Below, piece by piece: positions 1 to 10,859 of a stretch of DNA of 64,000 bases. The stretch spans positions 170,624,001 through 170,688,000 of the forward strand of contig NC_042998.1 of NCBI RefSeq assembly GCF_006345805.1. Direction: 5' to 3'. The notes under the pieces were generated by a model, which did no database searches, was not told the origin of the DNA, and worked only from the letters and a program-made list of their open reading frames with translations. Positions within the stretch are counted from its first letter, which is position 1. Each line of letters starts with the position of its first letter. The stretch is from Octopus sinensis. Lineage: Eukaryota. The translations under genes and the position numbers were made by a program.

Positions 1-1295
1 GGATCTTAGGTTTGCAAGCTGCATGGTAACCTCTCTAGTGCTGGTGCCACAAAAAGTACTCAGTACACTCTGTAAAGTGGCTGACATCAGGAAGGGTAAA
101 CAACCATAGACACATTGTTAAAGCAGGCATCAGAGCACAATGCAGTCCTCAAACTTGGTGAAGCCTGTCACACCATACAACCTATGCCAGTTTGGAAGAT
201 GGACAATAAAATATGATGATGATATATTGATATACTCATTGCATAAGTTGAATGATCATTACAAATAGTTTCCTACCATAAGTATTTCACTTTGCAATTG
301 ATGAAAAACATAATGTGAATCCCAAATGGTGGACAGAATCCATTGGTGCATACCCAGCTATGCATGAATTAATGTGAAAGACAAAACTCATTTAGTGAAC
401 CAGGCTGTGTCCCTTGATTTAGCATTAGTACTTATGTGGAAACTAGCTAGTAAACAGAAAAAATTGCAAATCAAACAAAAGAATGACTAAGGCACAAGAA
501 AGACACTTGTGGAATTAGTTAGCGGCATATAAGGGATGACAATGAATAATAGAAGGGGTAGATTCTGAAGTTCAGCTTTGTAGTGGTAGACACCCAGTAC
601 TCTATTTTCCTATCAACCATTTCTATTCCCATCCATCACTCATTGTCTTATGCAAAAAACTATGTAACTTCCATCAGTATCTCTCTTCCATTACTCCTTT
701 TTCTCACCCTAGTCACTGTTTCTCATATATACTTTTCCTCCCACTCATCTTGATCCTTATGTTATCAGTCCCTCTCAATATATACTCCTTTTTGGTCTAT
801 TTGTCTTGCTCACAATATAGAACAGTGAAGACTCTTTTAACCATGCAGGGTACACTGCAACCTCACAAGTTAGATAAAATGCACCAAATACACTCTTATG
901 CATTTGGCAAATGAGCAAAGAAAATCAAGAGACAAGAGGACCAAACAACTTCTCTAGAACTGATGCTATGATTAAAATGCACCCAGCACACTCTGTAAAG
1001 TAGTTGCTAATACAATATGAAGAGCATTCAGCCATAAAAAAACATACCAAAAAGGAAATGTATGAGCTAGACCTTGTTCTATGATCTGTTTAGGAAGGTA
1101 ATAATTCCAAATAAAATTGACTTCAACCATGACAACCTGGTCATTCTATGCCAACACAAAGTAAGTGTTAAATAATGGTAATGATAATTTTATACATATA
1201 TATATATGTATATATATTGATAGAAATGGTAAGACAACAAAAGAATGAAAGAGACCTCGATATTATCAAAGTAGAGGAATTTATCTGTAAATATA

Positions 1296-1545
1296 ATCAT
1301 CATCATCATCGTTTAGCGTCCGCTTTCCATGCTGGCATGGGTTGGACGGTTCAACTGGGGTCTGGGAAGCCAGAAGGCTGCACCAGGCCCAGTCTGATCT
1401 GGCAATGTTTCTATGGCTGGATGCCCTTCCTAATGCCAACCACTCCATGAGTGTAGTGGGTGCTTTTTATGTGCCACCGGCACAGGTGCCAGACAAGGTT
1501 TGCAAACAACCATGATCGGATGGTGCTTTTTACGTGCCACCAGCA
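1296..1545 (-). mobile_element. 3' end/UTR fragment of an RTE-clade LINE (or its non-autonomous derivative) with (GAT)n tail
   Basis: (CAT)n-CGTTTAGCGTCCGCTTTCCATGC...CTGGATGCCCTTCCTAA...GTGTAGTGGGTGC block recurs about 10 times in the window. At 55140-55955 and 36285-38155 it is contiguous with RTE ORF sequence. Confidence 0.75.
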
Positions 1546-1789
1546 TATGTGACAATTATTCAGTAGCCATGATAAAACTCTGAGTTTTGGATGTTGGGGT
1601 GGAAACCCACGCCGGCATCTCTTCAGTTATCAGGCCATCAAAAAGATGCTATGAAAATGACCGTTAAACAAAAGGAAATTACTGTGTGATTGACCGTTAT
1701 TAAGACAAAAGAACTATTAGAATGACCGCTAAGTAAAGGGAAGGAAGTAAAGGTAAGGGAGTAAAAATGTTCATAGCAATCACGTAAGT

Positions 1790-2570
1790 GTGCATGTCCA
1801 TACATACACATGTGTGCCCTTACACCCATGTACATGTGCCTATATGTATATACTCATCCACCCTCACTTGAAACACACACATGCTCACCCACACATTTGC
1901 CAAAAAATATATACATACCCGCATACACGCTTGCACACACACACACACACACACGTGCACAAAAAAGGTTCATATACACGTCTATATACACACATGCACA
2001 AGAAAGAATAGGGCTAAAGGCAAAATACACAAAAATGTGTAAAAATAGTGTAAAAAATAAGCAATGAAAATTAAAAGTAAAGGTGTAAATATGCTCATGG
2101 CAAACATGTATGCACACATGTGTGCATGCACACCCACATACATGTGCCTATGTGCATATACTCATCCACACTCACTTGAAACACACACATGTGCACCCCC
2201 ACATTCACCAAAAATAATTTATCCAGCCGTAGAAACATTGTCAGATCATCAGACTGGGCCTGGTGCAGCCTTCTGGCTTCCCAGACCCCAGTTGAACCGG
2301 CCAACCCATGCCAGCATGGAAAGTGGACGCTAAACGATGATGATGATGATGACAGACTCATGCTCACACACCAACACACGCACACAAAAAAGGTTCATAT
2401 ACACATCTATATATGCACATACTCACATGCATGCAAACACACACATCTATATACGCACATACCCACACACATGCATGCACAAAAAATTCCATATATATGT
2501 CTATATAAGCACAGGAAAAATGCAGGGTGGAAGGTAAAATACAGAAAAATATGTGTAAAAAAGTATAAAA
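1790..2570. repeat. Degenerate tandem duplication of a ~310-bp CA/TA-rich unit; second unit interrupted by an RTE 3' fragment (2222-2352, +)
   Basis: ACTCATCCAC(C/A)CTCACTTGAAACACACACATG occurs at ~1852 and ~2160; CAAAAAAGGTTCATATACAC occurs at ~1960 and ~2385. Confidence 0.65.
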
Positions 2571-2788
2571 CAATATCTCTATAAATATGTCAAAAAAATA
2601 TATAAAATATATATAAGAAATATAAGTAAAAAGTATAGAGAGATAAAAAGATGCTACGTGGACACAATATAAAAAGCAAGTCCTCTCTGTAATCTCGGGG
2701 GTACCAAAAATGTAGCAAATATTTAGCCACATATGGACATGATCCAAAAAGTTCAGTTCTTGAACTTAGACATCTGGCAGGGTCTAAG

Positions 2789-2863
2789 CTGCTTTTCCAG
2801 ATGAGCCATCTTTCCATATCATGATCTTTGTGATATGAAAAGATGGCTCATCTGGAAAAGCAG
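2789..2863. other. Near-perfect 75-nt hairpin (33-bp stem, 1 mismatch, 9-nt loop)
   Basis: CTGCTTTTCCAGATGAGCCATCTTTCCATATCA (2789-2821) pairs with TGATATGAAAAGATGGCTCATCTGGAAAAGCAG (2831-2863). Confidence 0.9.
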
Positions 2864-3050
2864 AAACATTTATCACTGCAAAATTTGATGTAGTGATATC
2901 TTTTGCACTATTTTTTCCAGCACTGGTCAAAACTTGAACTACTTGAAATAACAAATAAATGTATGTATAAAAATAATTGTGGGTAAGGGCATACTCATGC
3001 ATTTATAAAAATACACATAACACATTAATATGTATATTTGTATTTTTTAG

Positions 3051-3134
3051 GTTAAAAAACAAACAAATTGTCTAAATAACTCTATTGTTTCCTATGAATA
3101 CTCTGTTAAATATTTGGATAATTCAGTGATTAAA
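3051..3134 (+). pseudogene. IAP copy 1: truncated exon encoding the start of the UBA domain
   Basis: Acceptor TTTTTTAG at 3043-3050. Phase-0 reading VKKQTNCLNNSIVSYEYSVKYLDNSVIK aligns to copy 2 YKYSCLDTPPVL (DNA TATGAATACTC vs TATAAATACTC). The AVLSMGY...KETG half and a matching donor are absent. Confidence 0.55.
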
Positions 3135-3315
3135 CTGAGTTCAAGGTCAATCTGTGCCAAGCAGCTTCACTCTCCGTGCTTTAGCTTTGTTGCGATAGCA
3201 ATACACACATATATATTCTTTTATCTATATCTATCTATCTATCTCTCTCTATATATATAAATAAATATATGTACATGTGATTGGTGTGATTGTCAGTTTA
3301 GTCATATACATCCCA

Positions 3316-4078
3316 TCAAGGCAACAGGTTATACTGAATTATATGGTTCCAGTAGTGCTTACCATGATATACATACCTTACATTGATTTCAGCTTCATCC
3401 CATGAAATGTCAATGGCTTTAAGGTCATCGATGAAGGTGTGGCAAAAAGTCGCTTTTGGTTGCCCTTGTTTTCTCTTGCCATGCAGTGGCTTCCACAGAA
3501 TAACAGTTTTCACATGCTGCAATGATGGTAATCGAAGGACATGGCCTGTGAATCACAAGCGGCACTCAGTGAAAATGTCATGGAGTGGATGGTTATCAGT
3601 TCAGTGATGTATCTCATCATTAGTGATGTGGTCCTGGTATGAAAGTCACAGTATCCGCCGGAGGCATCATAGCTGAAATACATTGAGTCTTCGCGTAATC
3701 TTTGCCAATGTCTTCCATGTTTCTGCCGCATATATTGACGATGCTGTTGAAGAGGCACACTTTGGTCTTGGTAGAGATTGCCATGATAGGTTTGAGTCTT
3801 TGAAAGACAGCCAAGGCCTTCCCAGTCGGCAGGCAATGTCGCATTCAGCGTCTCCATCATTGGCCATGATGCTGCCCAAATAGGTGAACTCATCAACTTC
3901 CTTGATTTGGTGTTGTCCAGTCATCAAGGAGACGCCGTTGTTGTTCCCATTGACATATCCAATCCTCATGATCTTCATCTTGCTTGCACTTATGCAGAGT
4001 CTAATCTTGGCCACCTCCCACTCCACTCTCTCAGTCATTGTGCAAATGACATTCTTCGTTGCTCCACATAAAGTCTGA
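3316..4078 (-). mobile_element. Degenerate RTE-clade LINE, RT C-terminal region
   Basis: Frameshifted peptides EVDEFTYLGSIM, ISTKTKVCLFNSIV, IYAAETWK, KRKQGQPKATFCHTFIDDLK. Confidence 0.85.
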
Positions 4079-4110
4079 TGCGCAAGTTTTTTTTGTGTGC
4101 TTTTTTTAAG

Positions 4111-4230
4111 GTTCGTCCTTTTCAAGTGCATCAGAGTTACTTGAAGTGATAGAAAAATCTTCTGATTTAAATGATGTAAATGATGTAAATGATGAAGAAC
4201 AGGGTGCACAAGCAGGCATAAGAGATTCAA
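4111..4230 (+). CDS. IAP copy 1, penultimate coding exon (end of UBA plus acidic linker)
   Basis: TTTTTTTAAG acceptor, GTAAGT donor, phase 1-1, 120 nt. (G)SSFSSASELLEVIEKSSDLNDVNDVNDEEQGAQAGIRDS is homologous to copy 2 exon 53882-54019 (GSSFSKASQLLEAIHK). Confidence 0.88.
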
Positions 4231-4459
4231 GTAAGTAATTTCTGATCATTCCACTAATTCTTCACACTTTGAAATTATAAGTAAATACTAAATGGTCTTC
4301 CTTCTATCTCTCATGGTTCTAACAATGAAGTAGTGGCTACTAACTGCTGTTACCTCACATTGGCATTAGGCTGCTGTTACTCTCAAGGCAACAACATCTG
4401 ATCTTTCTACTTTGACCATCAACATCATATCAATTTTCAAGCTGTTCCATTTATATTAG

Positions 4460-4630
4460 ATTTTATCTATTTTTGCCTGTTCAATGTTGAGAATAATATC
4501 CATATCTCAGATTATATGGATATTTTTTCTATTCAATGGTCAACAATTGTTAGCAGATATACATTGACATGTATGCTTAATGACAAATATACCAGCAAAA
4601 AGCTAGAATAAACAAATAGTCACTACTGAC
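4460..4630 (+). repeat. Paralogous intron sequence shared with the copy 2 last intron (~54330-54530)
   Basis: Shared blocks TTTGCCT.TTCAA, CAGATTA.ATGG.TATTTTTTCTATTCAAT, AATTGTTAGCAGAT.TACATTGA, AAAAAGCTAGAATAAACAAA. Confidence 0.8.
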
Positions 4631-4789
4631 AAAGTTGGTGTTAACCCACTGTCAATTCTGATCAAGCAACTCTAGGTTCAAATGGATTCAAGTTCTGACC
4701 ATCTCATCTTATTTTCAGGATTACATTATTCAATCTTCCACCTTTCTACCTTTTTAAGTTAATAGAATGTGAATTGAGAGAGCCTTGAC

Positions 4790-5441
4790 CAGTGGCAATT
4801 CATGTATAGGCACTGCAGAACTGCAGTACCCCCTATTTCCACTCACTATTATCGATAACATTCAATATAATGAGTCCTTGTTTCTTTAGCTCTTTCTTTA
4901 TACTTGTACATTTTATAATCCTTAAGCTTAATGTCAGTAGCCATCCCCTAATTTATGACAAAAATACAAAATCCTTGTATAGAGCTGTGTGCTTTACAGT
5001 TCCTATGACATGATGTTTGGCTGTTGTGTGCATGCTCACATGTCTGAGATAGGAAGCTGCACTCTAGGAAGAGAGAGCACTGTTGTTCATGCAGTGCCAA
5101 CCCTTGTGTGCTGGTGAAAAGTAGTGTCTCTTTTTGACTCCATGTGTCTTGTGCTTAAAAACGTGTTTATATTCTTGAATGTGATAAATTGTAGAACTAG
5201 ATTATTATCCTACTTCCAGCTACAGTGATGCTGCCAGGATTTGAAAAATAGGATAGATTTTTGAAAAACAAGGGGGGAATTTACAGTATTAACAAATTAA
5301 ACACTAGCTGGCAATGGCTAAAACACAAACCAATCAAGTTTATGTATAAATTTTCTTTTTATATGTTTGTTTCCTTTTACACAATATTAAAACATTTTCT
5401 GAAACAGCATCCCCACTAATTTTATCTACAAGCTACCACTG
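4790..5441. mobile_element. Non-autonomous hAT-type DNA transposon
   Basis: Ends CAGTGG...CCACTG flanked by a perfect 8-bp TSD GCCTTGAC (4782-4789, 5442-5449). Confidence 0.8.
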
Positions 5442-7369
5442 GCCTTGACTTTTATTTCTAGCAGTTTGAGCAACCACTTTGAAGTATCCTTGTTAGCTTG
5501 TCTGGAAGAGCTGTTGAAATATGAATCTACCAATTTTATGATGGATTGATGATTGTTATCATGTCACTGGTGCCAGAGGCAGTGGTGATGATAACAGTAA
5601 AGATAGCCTTTGTATACGATAAGTGCACAGGAGCATTTAAGTTCAATGATCACTCAGGAACTCAATTCACACAAATACTCATGTTGCTCCTTAGAAGTTG
5701 TTTATATGTTCCTGCTAATTAACAGCAGGAAGTGGATGTTCGAAAAGCATAATGGCCTAAGTACAAACAGGTTGGAAAAGCATTTCTATAGCTATAAATA
5801 AATACCATATTGAGGCACAGTTCATCATTGCAATTACTGTGAAGACACGGTACAGTTTATATTTCACTAGCTGATAATATTAAGCTAAAATCCTCCTCTG
5901 GGAAAGTGACATACTCTACCCAAGGCAGGAATATTTTTCATTCAATCAAATCTGAATATAATTACCAGTCTTATGAACTCTTATAGAACAGTTCAATTTA
6001 ACATAGTTGACTCTTTTCTGCCAACTCCCTAACCTTTCAATATCATTTTACAACATGCTGAAAAGGTGAAACTGATGTTGCTAATGATTTGGATTAGTTC
6101 CATAAATTATCTTGTTTATCTCAATATTGAGTGTATTCTATCTAGCCTTTGTAAGTGTTAGAAATATGACATGTGCTTCATCATGGACATGTAGAAGACC
6201 TCAGAGACATCCTGGCTGAAGCTGACCATGCAGTTGTTCTGCTTGTTGATGATCTTACACTTTAGTTATTTAGAGGGGGATGAGAGAGAGGGGATGGGGA
6301 GTGAGAGAGGGAGAATGAAGAGTGAGAGAGGGAGAATGGAGGGAGAGAGAGGGAGGGAGGGAGAGACAGGGAAGTGAAATGAGAGAGGCGGGGTGAGAGA
6401 AAAAAGTAGAAACAAAAGAAGAGAGAAAGAAGTAGAGAAAGATGTATACATATGTATGTATATAATAGATATATGTATCTCTATATTAATATGCGAAGGG
6501 GAAAATGTGTGACACTGTGGTTAGTTAAAGGGAGAGAGAGAGTGTGAAAGATGGTCAGTGGTGAGAGCTTGGAGGAAAGGCTTGCTATTATGGTATGCAG
6601 TTAAATAGAGAGAAAAAGAGAGGGATAAGAGAATATTTAACACAGGGGAAGAAGAAAGGGGTGAGAGAATAAGAGGGAAAATGAGAGAGAATGTGTTTAC
6701 AAAAGGGAGCAGCACAAGTGTTATTCTTCTTGTTTTGTTTTTTAATTTTCATACCACCCGTTTGTTAATGCATGCACTTTAGTGAAGTAATTATCAGCTG
6801 CTCAGTCAAAGTTTATGAAATATGGCCAACAAGTGACAAGGTAAAACTAACAAGACAAAGAATGATAAGGTTTTTTTTTTCTCAAATAACCCATATTGTT
6901 AAAACTTTACCAGCATAGTGAAGCAGAATGATATTATAGATAATATCTTTGATTTTGCTCCATAGTTAATACTGTTTACTTCTTAACATAAAGTGAAAAA
7001 TAACAGACAACTCACAAAGTAGAAGATGTAAGAATATAAAATCTTTCAGATGTTTCTTGAGATTGCACCTTTAATACTACTTACATGGGCTTTTACATCA
7101 TCTCAAGGTTCTAACAGTTCATAAAATTATACAATTCCATCATATAATTTTCAAAATAACCATGGAATTTCCATGGGGTACTACTAATTATTATTAATTT
7201 AATGACCTATTGTTTTATGTCTGATATAAGCAATACTTTGTATTGTTGAAATATAGGTATAGTTTCAACAAAGAATTAAGTAAAAGAAGCTAGAACAATA
7301 GAGAAAGAAAAGAAACTCTTAACAGATCAAAAAACATTAGTTTATAACTGTTTTTATTTCTATGTGCAA

Positions 7370-8720
7370 CATTGTGACATAGTCACACTTGATGACACTC
7401 AGGATTTTTCTGAAGCACCTTTAATGGAATACATTTAGTTTTCTATCCATCTTTATTGTGCTCTTCCAAGTTTCACTAACATAGATTGCAGTAAGCTGAA
7501 CTATGGAGTTATACAGATGAAATTTCACATCAGTTCTGATGTTTGAGACTGTCCAGATGGAATGCATATGCTAGAACACTGCTGCCACCTTTCCAGTCCT
7601 GCAGACTATGTCCAGTTCCATATCACTTGTCCTGCTTGCAACACTTCTATCTTGTGCTGGTTGACTTTAATAGCTACTTCTTGGTCCATAGTATTGCCCA
7701 CCTTCATCGTTTTCATCTTCACTATGCCGATCCTTAGCCTATCTTCTCCACATTTTGTTGCTGGGGTATTGTCAACTCTTGCAGATCTACTGTTTTCTGC
7801 TATCAATGACACATCTTTTCAAAATGAATGGTTTAACTGAAGAAAGTACACATATATATATATTGAATATTCTATTGGATAATAGGTCATGTTCCACTAG
7901 TTTTCCGTTCGTATTGCCTCCATTCAAATTATAAATTGGTTTAAATGAACCCACATTCACTCTCTGTGTGTGATTAGAATGGAAAGTTTGTGAGGAACTC
8001 ATTGACCCAATTTGCTGACTTTTCCTATGGCACACAGGTGTCGATGAATGGTTGAATGACCAAATTCTGGCTTCTCTGCTAGTTCCTCAACAGTTACAAC
8101 AGGATTTTGTTCCACCAGGGTTTGCAGGACATCTTCATCGAGCTCTACAGTTCATACAGGATGAGGCTCATCTTCTAGATTGTAGTTTCCAGCTTGGAAT
8201 TTCTGGAACCACCATTGACACTGGTTTACACTGATGTTGCTTGTATCAGATCTCCATATACTGTGGGTGAAACTTTGGGGTTCATTAGTTAAGTTATTGA
8301 ATTAATTTGGTTAATGTAATTGATGGTGCAACATAGATCTTTGCTGAATTTCACTTTTTGAGGCTTTTATAAGCATAGTAGATGGCAAAGGCTGTTGACT
8401 CAGCTTTCAAAATCAACTCTTTCAGCTGCAGGTTGTTTGTGAGGTTAATCCTGATCTCAGAATTTTGCACAGCTTCTTTTGATCTCTGCACCAGAATATT
8501 TTTGTCCTCAAAACTCTCTACAATTTTTATAACTTCTGCAAGGGTCTGGCATAGTAATTACAGGTGTCCAACCAGCTACCCGACCTGGTCACAGTCAGCT
8601 GAGGTGGATTACTAATTGTTTTCAATTGCACTTGACTGTGTTTGTTTTTTACAGTAGCAACCTTAACAATGGCAATCAGACAATCAACTGCAGGATAGAA
8701 AGCCTTTATTTTCAGAGCAC
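7370..8720 (-). mobile_element. Internally deleted RTE-like LINE with ORF1-like region, start of APE endonuclease and RT C-terminus
   Basis: Minus strand has Cys-rich SCMNC...CPANPGGTKSCCNC, then RLRIGIVKMKTM (APE start), then LYNSIVQLTAIYVSETWK...LNVFH, the same family as 3316-4078. Confidence 0.65.
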
Positions 8721-8945
8721 AGTTGTGCAGAAGGTGGGAAAAGCAAGTTACATTAAAGAGCTTTATTCCATGATTTTTAACTTTATTAACTTTAAAAAGT
8801 GATTAATTATAAAAAAAACAATTTTTTAATCTTTAATTCTAAACTTCTTATTTTTGGCTCTAAAAATTTTAACTTATTGGCTAAAAATTGCCTTCATCAT
8901 ATGATATATATATATATGTATATATATATACATATATATATATAT

Positions 8946-9160
8946 CACCATGTTGATTCGCTAGCTTCTGCATGCATTTTTTTTCTCTCCTTGTTTCTCT
9001 CCGTGTTTCTTTTCTGTGTATCTTTCTATTGAAGAGCGTAGGCTCGAAACGTAAAAGACTTGTTTTATTTATTTATATTCCTGAGCGCCATACTAATACA
9101 ATTGTTTGTTTGTATTCCACCTGCCTTCGTCTTTTGTTTATTTTCATAAAGCTTCCCGTT
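8946..9160 (+). repeat. Interspersed repeat (Penelope-like end) carrying a degenerate hammerhead-like motif; second copy on - strand at ~22330-22457
   Basis: TCTTT-CTATTGAA-GAGC(GTAG)GCTC-GAAA-CG-TA-AAAGA at 9021-9058; reverse-complement homolog at 22391-22427. Confidence 0.5.
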
Positions 9161-9599
9161 ATATATATATATATAAAGAAAATATGTTCTTGAACCCACA
9201 AGAGTAAAAAAAAGAGACGAAGACAGGCAAAAACAAGGAAAAATGCCACTTGTATTTGAATACTATGCAAATATTCTTTTAAAAAAACTTTTCATTTAAT
9301 TTTTCTAAAATTTAATTGTTTTCCATACTTAGAGGTGAAAAGTCTCAATGACTGAAATCGGTTCTAAAATGTTTTTTATGATAAAATTATTTTAGCATTT
9401 TCTACCTTGACTTATTTTCTTTATACATATCAATTCGTGTGTTCCTTTTCAACCTTTATATATATGCATATTGTAAGTTGTTCAATAAGAAATTATAACA
9501 TTTTAAGATTATAAAGATAGTTTAAAAATTTAATTAAAAATAATGAAAATGTGTTTACAAAAATATAAAAATAGAAGATTGAGAGAAGAGTGAGATTAC

Positions 9600-9870
9600 A
9601 AATGCTGCAAGAAATTGTTGCAGAACATCAATGCCACTTGGCTAGCCACATTCTCTGTCTATCCAATCAAGATCATTCAAAAACAATCATGAATTGAGAG
9701 CCACTTGTGAGAAGGCATAACAGGGCAGGCCGAAAATCACTTGCTGGTGGACATTTCAAGATGACCTGAAAACGGCCAACATTACATTGAATGGATGTGC
9801 AGCCAACTCAACCCAGTGAAGGGAGCTTGACATCCAATGCATTGAGCAGTGCAGGAGTACCTAAAACTAA
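9600..9870 (+). mobile_element. RTE LINE 3' fragment
   Basis: Peptide remnants ASHILCLSNQDHSKTIMN and GRPKITCWWTFQDDLK; same family as 3316-4078. Confidence 0.7.
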
Positions 9871-10643
9871 AAAATTAAATACAACAAAAAATGACAAGAA
9901 ATTTTGGCAACGAAACATTTTGTTTTCAGTATCTTTAGGAAATTTAACAGTTTCATCCATGAGATGCTTGTGAGATCCTCTTGGTATAGCAAATTAACTT
10001 TGACCAGCAAAAATCTTTTGTCTGATGGATCTCCAACTTTGCTGAGGCTAACATATAACTAACCACTTTAGTAATATTATAAAGAATGTAACTTATTAAA
10101 ATTTAATCGAGAAAAATGAATATTTATTCCTGTTTTCTTGAGAGATGTTTAAAGAAAGGAGATTCATAATTTTCATTCACTCATTCGTTCACACACACAC
10201 AGAAAAAGAGAGATGAGAGTTGCAAATCAAACCAAAAGTTATGTTGCAGACAATCAGATTCTACAAAAATTGTAATAATGATTATTACTCTATTGTGAGA
10301 AGGTGATAAGCAAGCAGAATTGCAGTGAACAAAATCCTTAGCACCATTTCTTCTGGTTCTTTGTATTCTGAGTTCAAATACTGCTGTGGTTTATTTCTGC
10401 TTTTCTTTCTTTCAGGTTTCACAAGATAGGTACCAGTTGAGCACTAGGATTGGTGCAATTGACTTAAACTTCCCTTCAAAATTGATGGCCTTGTGCCAAA
10501 ACTATTTGTAATATTCCATTATCCCAGACCAATATATATTCATTCTTTTACAGATTCAGTTTTCTTTCTACGTCTCTATATTCCTTTTTTTTATCATATT
10601 TAAACCAAAAATGTTTTATTTATTTTCTTTTTTTCATCTATAG

Positions 10644-10834
10644 ATGCCGATCTAATAGCAGAGAATAATATGTTGAAAGAAGGACAGCTTTGTAAAATTT
10701 GTTTAGATGAAAAACTGAGTGTGGTATTTTTACCATGCGGTCATTTTGTCTGTTGTGTAACATGTGGATCTCTTCTTACAGTTTGCCCTGTATGTCGGAA
10801 AAATATTTTACATTTGGTTAAGGTAATTTTCTGA
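10644..10834 (+). CDS. IAP copy 1 terminal exon, C3HC4 RING finger
   Basis: Polypyrimidine-TAG acceptor, phase 1. (N)ADLIAENNMLKEGQLCKICLDEKLSVVFLPCGHFVCCVTCGSLLTVCPVCRKNILHLVKVIF* is a typical IAP RING and a paralog of 63311-63501. Confidence 0.93.
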
Positions 10835-10859
10835 GTCAATTTTTGACAATGGTAACAAA

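Noticed and set aside
1638-2747. Multiple His/Thr/Tyr/Ile-rich ORFs
   Set aside because: They are translations of CA/TA microsatellite-rich repeats; the same applies to 31281-31898 and 50735-50923.
3667-4230. 187-aa minus-strand ORF
   Set aside because: It is a chance fusion of the antisense of IAP exon 4111-4230 with an RTE fragment.
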